From positions 496,001-560,000 of the forward strand of contig JAAOMT010000303.1 of NCBI GenBank assembly GCA_016748015.1: a DNA stretch of 64,000 bases, in the 5' to 3' direction. A program made the position numbers and the translations under genes. This document shows, piece after piece, positions 11,893 to 23,126 of this stretch (positions are counted from its first letter, which is position 1; each line of letters starts with the position of its first letter). Under the pieces are notes generated by a model. It did not search any database and had not been told where the DNA came from. It saw nothing but the letters and a program-made list of their open reading frames with translations. Origin of the DNA: Geosiphon pyriformis uo1. Taxonomy: Eukaryota; Fungi; Glomeromycota.

Positions 11893-14800
11893 CTAGATTT
11901 GTTTCATCTATAACAAACTGTCAGCATTTCTGTTGTCTTTTTCCTTTTTATAGTCTATAGTATAAGTATATGGTGAGAGTGCCATTTTCTATTTTGATTG
12001 TCTGCCATCTCCAAATTCTTGTTTCTGGAGTAATGTTAGTTCTTTGTGATTTGTATACACCTCAAACTTCTGGCTCAAGTATTTTTTCCATTTCATAACT
12101 GCTCAATAGATTGCTAAATGTTCTAATTCTGATGTCTCATAGTTCTTTTCAGCTGGGGTTAAACCTCAGCTGGCATATGCTACTGGATGTTCTCTTCCAT
12201 CTGGTTCTCTTTGAGATAGTACTGCTCCCAATGCTTGATCTGATGCATCAGTAGTAATGATGAATGGTTTACTATGATCTGGATATATTAGTACTGGAGC
12301 TTAAATGAGCTTTCTTCTTAGGGTATCAAATACTTTTTGTTGAGTTTTGGTCCATTCATATTTCACATTCTTGGTTTAGAGATGATTGAGTGGCTGAACT
12401 ATCTTTGAAAAGTTCTTAATAAAACATCAATAATAGCTAGCAAATCCCAAGAATGATTGTAGTTCTATCACATTGGTTGGTACTGGAAAGTTCTTTACTA
12501 TCTCTATTTTTTCTGAATCTGTTTTAATGCCATCTTTACTGACTATATGTCCCAAAAATTTCAGTTCTATCTTGTCGAAAAAACATTTGGTGGCATTCAA
12601 CTTTAGTTTTGCTTATTGTAGTCTTTCAAACACTTGCTGGAGATAATGGAGATGATCATTGAATGTTCTTGAGAACACATTGATATCATCTAAATATACT
12701 ACTACTGATTTCCACAATAAGCCGGTGTAAACAATTTCTATTAATCATTGAAAAGTGGCTGGTATATTGGTTAAGTCGAATGGCATTACTTTGAATTCGA
12801 AATTCTCTTCCTTAGTGGTGAATGCTGTTTTTTCTTTGTTTGCTGGATTCATGGCTACTTGCTAGTAACCACTGTCTAAGTCTAGTGTTGAAAACTATTT
12901 GTTTCCACCAAAAGCATCGAATAATTCTTGTATTCGTGGAATTGGATAACTGTCTCCACGAGTTACACCATTAAGTTTTCTGTAGTTCACACAAAAACAG
13001 ATTTTCCTATTCTTTTTACAGATGAGTACTACTAGTGATGACCATGGACTCATTGATGGCTGAATTAGCCTGTTGTCAAGCATTCGATTGATTTCTTGAT
13101 GGATGATCTCATGGCTGGCTGGTGGCACTCTGTATCCTCTTTGTTTGATCAGCATCACATCTCCAGTTTTGATCTGGTGTTGGATGATATCAGTTCTGCC
13201 AAATTTGTTTTTGCTGGTGAAAATATCATTGAAATTATTAAGCAACATCTTAAGCTGCATATATTGAAGTGGGTCTAAGTTTCCCATGTTCATTAGTTCC
13301 AATTGTTCTGGTTGAAGCAAATAACATTTGTTTTGTCCGTATATTGTTTGTGATGTAATATCCACATATTCACAAAGCTGTGGAAAATCTGGAACAATGC
13401 TTGGTGGTTGATCTTCTAATTCAGTGCTCAGGTATCCAATGATAGTTCCTTCTGGTATTGTGATAGCATCTCTTGTTGTATTGTAGATGGGAATTTTGAT
13501 ATGGTTGTGGCTCTTGGTGAGTATGTAGAGATTGATAAGTCCAATCTCTCCTGCTTCACAAAGAGTTGCTTCTGCTTTAGAAATCTGTGCTTAATCCTTC
13601 ACTCTCCTCTTTATTGCTAACATATACTGGTCATATGGTGGAATGGAAATTGCTTGACTGGTTGAAACAATTTCTTCTTGGCCAACAATTTCTTCCTCTG
13701 CCATATTGACTGGTATATTTATTCTACCTGTGGATCCGAATCTTTGTATCCCTCTTGCTGTTATCTCTAATTCTTCTCTGTTTCCCACTGACACTAATTG
13801 AGCTACTTTAACCAGAGACAGGAATATTGCCTATGCTATCTTTTTGTTTGGCTCTATAATATAGGTCTTTTCTGAGTCATTTTGTAGCATGATGATGATA
13901 TTTCTTACATATCTCACATCAATTATTCCTCCTCTTATATTTATCCCTCTTTTCACTAGACTACTTCTAGATGCTAATTAAACCATTGTTGTTGCTGGAA
14001 TTTCTAGTGCTATTTTCAAATCAATGCAGGTGTATAAATGTGGTTCCAATTTGATGGCATCTTTTTCTGAATACCTCAAATCAAACCTGGCATTGGTATC
14101 ATGTATGCATTCTGGCATAATACTTTTATTATTATCACTGAACCATTTAAATTCCTGTTCTTTGGTGAGGTCAGAAAGCACAATATATTGTTCATAGTTT
14201 GGATTGGGTTTTAAATTTAAGTTGGAATTGTTGTCATTGTTCTTGCCATATTGGATGGAACTGAAACTGGTGTTTTCGTCATTATCATTGTCAGAGTTTA
14301 AATCGGGATTAAAATCAATTCCAATTCTGATGCACAGCTGCTGATTGGTTCTTTTTCTTTTTGGATTATGTAAATCATGCATGGTGGCAGATTGTAAATA
14401 AGGTCACACTTATTACAATATTGGAAGTCACATAAAATCAAACAGTGGTCACATAGTTGAGTGTTTATTTCTTTCAACCATTGTTCTTATTCTTCTCGAG
14501 TAGATGCCAACTGTTGATAGTGCTCATGGAATTCTTTCAGATTGTCCTCAATGTTGCCAAATACATTGAACATTAGGATGTATTCAAGTTCAGGCAGAGA
14601 TAGGGGGTTGTTTTTGATTTCTAATAGTTCACTGGTTGTCGCACCTTCTACCTTCACACTTGTCATTCTCCAGAGTTTATGTTTGTCATGTAAATATCTT
14701 TCCAATTGTTGTAACACTCATTTCCAGGCATCATCGATTGGTGTTCTTTTGCATACTCAATCATTGATTAGTATCATATACTGGCAGGTTTCATTGCACA

Positions 14801-15364
14801 TTCTTCTTCTCCCAAGAATGTTGTTCCATATTTCTTTGTCAAGGAGAGTTTCCTCACAAGTTAAACATAGTGTATTATCTCATTTTCTCACTTATTTTGG
14901 TCTTTCAAAGTGTTTGACAAGGCATGTATGGCAAAAAAACTTAGTTGCCATCTGGTATTCCTCGTCATCGCCACACCATGCACCCATTGATAACAATTTT
15001 TTGCCACAATTAATGCATATGAGCTTTGGTTAGCGATAGCTTAATAATTGTGGTGGTGTATATGTATAAGGGGTATAACTGGCAGTTGGTAGTGGCTCTT
15101 CTTCCTTCACTTTTTCTTTCTCTTTTTCTCTCTTATTCCATTTCCAAATTGGTAGTTCTTCTAAGTTATGGTCAGTGTTCCAGGCTTGGTCTGCATTCCA
15201 AGTAGGTTCTGTTTTCTTCTGTTTTCCTTTGCCATTGTCATTCCATAAGAGTATTGGCAGTAGCTCATTGTGTTTTTTGTTGGTCCACAAGACTTGATAC
15301 ACTTCCCAAGTAGGTTTTGGTTTTTCTTTTGCAAGGTCAATTAGTGGTGCTGTGGTGTTGGTAG
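11893..15364 (-). pseudogene. pol: B pol 3' part: Cys-rich spacer, dUTPase, RT, RNase H
   Basis: SPWSS..V...K..CVNYRKLN, YLDD (~12685), TDASD..LGAVL; stop TAG at 11893-11895. Confidence 0.9.
13725..14150 (-). pseudogene. dut: dUTPase domain in B pol
   Basis: Five motifs in order: ARFDL, ASRSSL, GGIID..Y, KIA*(Q), RGIQRFGSTG. Confidence 0.88.
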
Positions 15365-16035
15365 TGTTATGGGTTGGAGTAACAAGCTAACAGATAGCAA
15401 GGGAGAACAGGATTGTAGGGTGATGGAAATAATCAAAGGGAATTCAACTTCAAAGAGTGAATTGAATGAGTATGGATTCAATGTGCGAGATCAGTCTCAT
15501 AAAATATTTCAATTACTATTCTTTTCAAAAGTAACTGGGGAATCTGAAGGTAGAAAAATAGTCCGTACTGTCAACAATTGATCACCACTAGTATAATTCT
15601 ATGCCTTACATCAGTGCTCTTAGAATTCAATATCAGGTATCAACTTGTGCTCTTCAGTCATGTTTATTCAAATAATCTTCAAATACTGCAATTACACATT
15701 TCAGGAAAGTGCCAACAAGTAATCTTTTATCCAAAAGATGTTCAGATACTTGAAGATAGGGAAAAGAAAATTAGCGATAAGAGTGATTGAGATGAAAGTT
15801 GTTATTTTTATTTATTTGATTCTTGTCTGAGAGATGATTTTCTACAGCTAAGAGACTCATTGCTTATATAGCTATTGAAAGTGGTCAACAACCAGTTCAA
15901 TGACTAGGTCAATAATCAGGTCAATGATCAGGTCATTGATCAGGTCAATAATCAGGTCATTGATCAAATCAATAATCACTTATCTAAAAATAGAGTGGCT
16001 AATTATATGACATTAGTGGCTAATACATGTGATAA

Positions 16036-16692
16036 TTAATAAAAATTATGGGTTTCAATCATAACATCATTTTCTTCAAAGAGATTGAGCTCCAGTGAAA
16101 TCAAGCTATTTATAGGATATTCTAATTGAAAGGTTTTGTCTAACTTAAAACTAACTAGTTTGTTGAAGTTTTTTGTGGATAGAGTATATAGTACTTGAAG
16201 CAAAATAAGCTTTGTATCCAAGAGACCAAATCTTTGTATAAAAGTTTTGGCTCTTTTTGCAATGGTCAAAACTCTTGAGACATCTAAACATATAATGCCC
16301 AAAATTTCTACTTGTATCTCTGAAGTTGTTTTCTTCATGAGCTTCATTTCTTCTATGATTTTACCAAAACGACCATAGAGTTCTAGTTGTCTTCCATATA
16401 ACAAGTTTTTGTCTATAGGCAAGATTTCCTTAATCGTTTTTCCAATTGTCATGAAAGATATAAGTATTGCTGCTGTTATGCTTTTCAGCAAATACTTATC
16501 TATTTTGCTACCAATTTTTTCTCTTCTGGTAGTGGTTTTCTTTGGTCTAATAACAGTATGTGTTCCACTGTTATCAGTTATGGTGGTTTGTTTTTCAATG
16601 ATTAGAGTAGCATTTGGATAATTTTTGATCCAGTACTCATGGAGAGTATAGAAAGTGTTTTGAATGTTTTGATCTAGGAAATAATTGTTCAT
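16036..16692 (-). CDS. A4 ORF3, open 218 aa, unknown function
   Basis: Uninterrupted from ATG 16692, with the stop inside the 3' LTR. Confidence 0.8.
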   Translation of the reverse strand: MNNYFLDQNIQNTFYTLHEYWIKNYPNATLIIEKQTTITDNSGTHTVIRPKKTTTRREKIGSKIDKYLLKSITAAILISFMTIGKTIKEILPIDKNLLYGRQLELYGRFGKIIEEMKLMKKTTSEIQVEILGIICLDVSRVLTIAKRAKTFIQRFGLLDTKLILLQVLYTLSTKNFNKLVSFKLDKTFQLEYPINSLISLELNLFEENDVMIETHNFY

Positions 16693-16733
16693 GTCAATTG
16701 AAGATATCTCTGTTTTGGGACTGGTACATTTAT

Positions 16734-18047
16734 TTATATTTGATTTTTGTTGATCATTTGGGTTGGTATTACCACAACAGATAACCAATCAGATCATTTG
16801 TAATATTTTTTGAGTTGTGTGCTATGAACAGGGTGATCATTGAAGATTGTTCTATATTGATCTTGTAAGATATAAGAATCATTGTTCAAAACTTTGTTGA
16901 CTATAAAGGGTCCTTTCTACTGGCTAAAGAATTTATCACCATAGACATTGTTTCTGTCTGAACAGTATTCTAAAACTAAGTCACCAACACTTAAGAAAAG
17001 TGTTTTATATGTTTTCTTTTTCTTAAGCTTCTCTTGGAATTGTTTTATCTTTTTAAAGACAATTATCTGTGCTTTTACTAATGAGTCAAGAATGGTATCA
17101 AGTCTTTTTTGCAAAGTGTCTTTGTAATTTCCTATTGTTATTTCTTCAAAAGGTATTGTCTCAATGTCAGTTTCTATTGGTAGAGTTGCCATTTGTCCAT
17201 AGAGTAGATAAAAGGGTTCATAATTTGTTATGTCATGATTCACAGTTTTATAAGTGAACAAAGCTGAAGGCAGTACTTTGTCCCATAAGTTTGTTTCTTT
17301 GCTGGTTTTGGCTAGGGTTTCACATAGTGTTCTATTGAAATGTTCTACTAGGCCATTTTTTTAGGGGTAATAAGGAGAGAAAAGTTTGTGATGTATTTCC
17401 ATTTTTCTGCAAAGTTCTTCAACAAGTGTACTGAGAAAAGCTTTTCCTCTGTCAGATAAAAGTTCTTTGGGGCAGCTATAGTGACAAATGATATCTTTAT
17501 AAATGAAATTGGCTATTGAGACTGCTGTTTGGTCTGGAGTGGCTCTTGCTTCTACTCACTTTGTAAGATAGTCGGTAGCTGTGATAATGTATTTGTTGCC
17601 ATCAGGAGTTATTGTTAAAGGTCCAACAACATCTATACCAATTCTGTCAAAGAGTTGACCAACAGAGATTGGATGGATATCTTCTTTGCAATTGGGTTTT
17701 CCTTTTTTTTGGCAGATATCACAGGTTTTGATGTATTTAGCAATGTCTTTTCCCAAGGTAGGCCAATAATAATGAGCTAGAGTTTTCTGAATTGTTTTTG
17801 TTTTTCCGAAGTGTCCAGCTAATAGATCAGTGTGCATATTGTAGATCACAATTTCTCTTTCTTCAAATCTGATGACTCTCTAGGGGCGGTCAGGATCTTT
17901 TTGATTTCTTTTATAAAATTGGTTCTGGTGAATCAAATAGAAATTTGATTGTTTGCGCAAATGTTCTCTTTGTTGTTGTGTGTATTTTGGTGGGTATTGT
18001 TCTTTACCCAAAAATTCTATTAAGGCAGAGTAGTTGTCCAAGTCCAT
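16734..18047 (-). pseudogene. A4 integrase, separate ORF
   Basis: MDLDNYS start, HHCC, GIDVVGP, GPF; internal stops. Confidence 0.9.
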
Positions 18048-18114
18048 TATCGTGTTTGTCAAAAAAGAGAAATTACTAATAATTAAGTTGATTTGGTTTG
18101 AGAGGGTTGTTCTG

Positions 18115-20808
18115 TCATTGAATGGTAAGTCTGGAAAGAGCGTCAGCGTTTTGATAATTAGCTTCTTTGCAATGTTGAATATCATAGTCAAATTCATCCA
18201 AGTGGAGTATTCAGCGAGTTATCCATTTGTGTTCTAGCCTTTTTTTGTTGCGCAGCCAAACCAAAGCTTGGTAATCTGTTATCACCAAAAACTTTACACC
18301 AAGAAGATACTTACTTTAGTAACTGGTGGACCATACTACTGCTAAGCATTCTTGTTCAGTGACTGAATAGTTCTGTTCTGCTGGGGAAAAGGTTCTACTG
18401 GCATAGGCTATGGCATGTTCTTTGCCATCTTCATCTTTCTGGGAGAGAACAGCACCAAGTCTAAAGCCAGATGCATTAGTGTGGAAGATAAAGGGTCGAT
18501 CTAGATCAGATTGCTTGAAGATGGGTTCTGTAACCAGTTTTTTCTTTAAAGTTTCAAAGGCTTTTTGCTGATGTGTTCCCCAATGGTAATTGTCATTTTT
18601 CCTAAGTAGCTGATTGAAAGGAGAGACGATTTTGGAGAAATCCTTGACAAATTTGCAATAATAAGAGGCCAAACCAAGAAAAAAGTGTAGTTCATAAATG
18701 TTTATTGGTTGTTTGATGTTTTGGACTTTTTCAACTTTGGCTGAGTCAGGAAAAATTCTATCTTTTTTGATAAGATGACCAAGAAACTGGGTGGATTGTC
18801 TTCCAAAGAAAGATTTGATTGGGTTAATCTTGAGGCCAGTATTTCTAAGAAGGTCAAAAACCTTTTGCAAATGTTCCAGGTGTTCATCCCAGGTATTTGA
18901 GTATACCATTATGTCGTCCAAATAGACCAGAACAAAGTTTTCCTTAACTGATTCAAATACTTTATCCATTAAGCATTGAAAGGTGGGAGGGGCGTTGGTG
19001 AGACCAAAAGACATGATTGTGAATTCATAGGTGCCATACTTGGTGATAAAGGCAGTTTTCTTTCTGCTTTCTGGATCCATCTCTACTTGCCAGAATCCAG
19101 TAGTTAAGTCAATGGTTGAGAAGAAAGCAGCATCTTTGAATTGATCTAACATTGCATCAATCTTGGGAAGTGGATACATGTCTCTTTCAGTGATGGCATT
19201 TAATTGGTAGTAGTCAACACAGAAGTGTAGTGTTCCACTTTTCTTGGATACTACTACAACTGGAAAACCCCATTCACTCTTGGTTTTTTGTATGAATCCA
19301 AGTTTTTTCATTCAGTTTATCTCTTTCTTGATAAACTCATTATTGTGCTGATTGAATTAATAAGACTTCAAATGGATGGGTCGAGTTTCTTTGATGGTGA
19401 TGGTGTGTTGTATCACATGGGTACGTCCAAAGGTATCACCTTCTTTGGAGATAACTGGACTATTTTTAACCAGCAAATTTTCAATGTCTATTTTTCTTTC
19501 TTTTGGGGAGAGTTCTTTTTGTTTCACAACTAGTGATTGGATCTTAAGTGGTTCATTCTCAAAGAACTTCTGTACTTCTTTCAATTTTTCTCTGGATATC
19601 AAACTGATTGGTTCCCAATCTCTGTAATAGATTAGGCATGATTTGCATTCATTGCTTGGAGAATACAAGGGTTTGTTGCACCAACACCAGACACAAGGAC
19701 CATGCCACCAAAAACTGTATTTGGCTTTCTTGCCAAGTTTTCTTTCAAAGATTTTTCTAAGGATATCATAATAAGGCCAGCAGATTAGCTTGCCATTTAC
19801 AATGATTTCTTCTTTGTCTGCTTTAACATTGTCCAGTGGTTTGCTATTGCTGGTAAAGATGGTATAAGCAAGTTCAGCAGTTTCTTCTTGCTCTTCTTGT
19901 TCTTCTTCTTTATCACTCTCTTCATCATCTGATTCATCTGATTGTTTTTCTTCTTGGTTTTGTTTGGATACTGGGGGAGTTGTCCAATGGCGACACTTAA
20001 TCACAATGGGTTTCTCATCACATCTGATGGTTAATTCACAAAGTTCATAATCAAGCAAAGCTTTTGCTTTCATGAGCCATTCATTGCCAACAATAATGGT
20101 TTATTTCTTGGCTTCAGAAACTTCCATGTCTGTTTCAATGCTAATTCCATTGATGTGAACAGAAACAGCTTTGGCAATACCCAGTCTTTTTTTTTTGTCA
20201 CCATGTACGTTGGTCATTGGTCTGGTGGAAGATTCATCAATCTTTCTACCAATTGCTTCTAAGAAGTGTTTGACAATGACACTAACAAATAATCCACTGT
20301 CCAGAATTAAGTCAATGAAGTATCCAGCCACTTGGGCTTTACAAATCAGAGGGGTGACATTGCTGTTGTCAGCAAGTCCAACTTGGCAAGAACGCTTGTT
20401 GGTTTTTGGTGTCTTCTTCTTTGGAATCAAGGATTTGCAAAGATCCTTTCTGAACTGTGGGTGGGTCATTAACTGGCCAAAGGTAATATGTGCTGGAGTT
20501 TTTATGAGATCTTTGACAATGGAATAGGGTCCAGATTTTTGTACAATTTCTAGGGGTTCCAACTTTGGAGAATTTTTAAAAACTTTAGCCTTTGGTGGCT
20601 CATTGTTATTAGCAGCAGAAGTTGAAACTTTGTTGGGGTCTAAAACGAAATCAACCTTGGCTTTCTTCTTCTTTCTGGTTGGTTCTAAGATGTTGATTGC
20701 TAGTTCATCCATGTCATGATCATCATCAGTTAAGTTAAAAGCATAAAAGGGGTTTTCTTTTGGTTGGCTTGCACTCTCACCCTTTGGAGGTGCGCCTACC
20801 AGTTTAAA
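18115..20808 (-). pseudogene. pol: A4 pol (PR, acidic/Cys spacer, RT, RNase H)
   Basis: LILDSG, YLDD, NYSVTEQECLA motifs. Confidence 0.92.
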
Positions 20809-22346
20809 GGCTAATAAACAGTGGCTTAGACTAGGGAATTCTCTCCAAAGAAATTGATGTTGGCATGATTGGGTCTTTGATTGGGGACATTGTTATTGGG
20901 TCTGTTGTTTTGGTTGTCATTGTTTCTGGGAGCTGGAGGAGGCAGTGGAGGATTGTTACAATCTCTTGAATAATGTCCAGTTAATCCACAATGATAGCAC
21001 ACAGGTGGGCCACAATTTTGCTGTCTTTGATAGGGAAGTTGCTGGGGCTGGTTAAAACGAGGTTTATATCTAGGTTTTGGTAGTTGCTGGTTATCTCTGA
21101 CTGTTTGTGCCAATGGTTCTAATAACCGGGCAAGGTTAGCTGTGAGTCTATCTATTTATTGTTCATTTGGGTCTTGGGTTTGGGCAGCAAAAAAAGTAGC
21201 AGCCATTTGAGAAGCAGAGGCCATAGCAGGAGCAGAAGCAAAAACTGGAAGTGTGGATCCCAGATGCATCTTTTGGGTATCTTCAATCCTTTGGGCAAGT
21301 TCAATAGCCATGTCTATTGTAGGGTTGTCTTTTAAAGCCAAGAGAGGCCAAAGAGCATAAGATAAGTCAGTTCTCAATCTTTTTGTAAAGGAATGAATCT
21401 TTTGTTCTTCTGTTCAGTTTTTTCCAGAGTCTACTCACTTAATTAACTTTCTGATTGCTTTGGCATATTTGGTTACAACTTCACCAGGACTTTGGGTTCT
21501 TCTTTCTAATTCCATGCACCACTTGGATATCAAGATTGGAGTTCTGAACTTGTTTTCAAACTGGATTGTAAAAGAGGTGTTGTTTTCTCCAGCATTTGCT
21601 GGCATCCATCTAATGATTCTTTGATGGGCATTAGCATCAGTTTCCTGTGAGAACCAGGTAGCAGGAGAGCCTTGGAGGTAGCCACCAACAATTTGAAACT
21701 TGTACTCATCATCATATTGGTTGGCTGTAGCAGCTCTCTCAAAGTCATCTAACCATTCAATTGGATCTTGGGCATCACTTCTGAATAATGGTAATGGAGT
21801 GTTGTTTTTTCGCCTTAAAGCAGTCTGTATACCTTGGAGAGCAATCAAAATGTTTTGTTGCAGAGGGTCTTGAGCCATTGGTTCAGGTGTAACTGTTTGT
21901 GTGGAGTGTTCTGATTTACTTGAAAAGAGATCAAAAACAGGAGCAGTTTGATAGCTTTTTTCTTCTGTTTCAAGAAGAGTTTCTGTTGATTGATGGGCAG
22001 CAATTCAAATGTGGATTTGATAATTCAGATATTCAAAATCAGGGGGCTGTTGTTCAAAGGTTGCAGAATATAAAAGCTGATTGATACTGTTGTTTCTTCT
22101 TTCAAAGTCATCTTCAGAATAAGCTTGATCAAAGTAATAAATTGTATAAGCTATGTAGGTTTCAGCTGAATGCTCATTCAAGAACCAGTTCTAAAAGTCT
22201 TGGAATTGTCTGCTGGATTGTTCTTTAATGGGAAAGCAAATCAAGCAGGAGGGCAAAGGATTGAGTTCAATAAAGTCTAGATCATTTTTGCTGTGTGCTT
22301 TAAAGTGTTCTTCTAATTGTTGTGGCAGGTATGAATAATCACCCAT
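20796..22346 (-). pseudogene. gag: A4 gag
   Basis: Capsid motif and CYHCGLTGHYSRDC knuckle. Confidence 0.92.
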
Positions 22347-22917
22347 ACAATAGGAAACAAAGTGGATTTTAACAACCTCACAGGGAGCACCACTTTTATG
22401 TTATGAATTGGAGTAACAAGCTAACAGATAGCAAGGGAGAACAGGATTGTAAGGTAATGGAAATAATCAAAAGGAATTCAACTTTAAAGAGTGAATTGAA
22501 TGAGTATGGATTCAATGTGCGAGATCAGTCTCATAAAATATTTCAGTTGCTATTCTTTTCAAAGATAACTGAGGAATCTGAAGGTAGAGGAATAGTCCAT
22601 ACTGTCAACAATTAATCACCACTGGTATAATTCTATGCCTTACATCAGTGCTCTTAGAATTCAATATCAGGTATCAACTTGTGCTCTTCAGTCATGTTTA
22701 TTCAAATAATCTTCAAATACTACAATTACACATTTCAGGAAAGTGCCAACAAGTAATCTTTTATTTAAAAGATGTTCAGATACTTGAAGGTAGGGAAAGG
22801 GAAATTAGCAATAAGAGAGTGATTGAGATGAAAGTTGTTATTTTTATTTATTTGATTCTTGTCTGAGAGATAATTTTCTACAGCTAAGAAACTTATTGCT
22901 TATATAGCTATTGAAAG

Positions 22918-23040
22918 TGGTCAACAACCAGTTCAACAACTAGGTCAATAATCAGGTCAATGATCAGGTCATTGATCAAGTCAATGATCAGGTCAATGAT
23001 CAGGTCAATGGTCAGGTCATTAATCAAGTCAATGATCACT
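22918..23040. repeat. Tandem ~12-mer TGATCAGGTCAA array in A LTR U3 (also ~15880-15980, 37850-37938, 44782-44881, 47720-47806, 54310-54420, 57669-57803)
   Basis: Direct tandem units, copy number differs among LTRs, immediately upstream of TATATAA. Confidence 0.9.
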
Positions 23041-23126
23041 TATCTAAAAATAGAGTGGCTAATTATATGACATCAGTGGTTAATACATGTGATAATTAAT
23101 AAAAATTATGGGTTTCAACCATAACA

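Larger units (their letters stand above)
15365..23126 (-). mobile_element. Gypsy A4, full length 7762 bp
   Basis: LTRs 15365-16066 and 22399-23126, PBS 22376-22392, perfect TSD GTAG (15361-15364, 23127-23130). Confidence 0.96.

Noticed and set aside
15369-15790. Recurrent 70-aa ORFs in LTRs (also 22403-22866, 25880-26104)
   Set aside because: Recurrence reflects repeat copies; frames are broken by stops or indels in other LTRs
16409-16621. Hydrophobic antisense ORFs opposite ORF3, pol and LINE ORFs
   Set aside because: Shadow frames of A-rich coding strands with no independent evidence
22918-23040. Short repeat arrays as CRISPR
   Set aside because: Head-to-tail 9-12-mers without unique spacers, inside LTRs, with no cas genes
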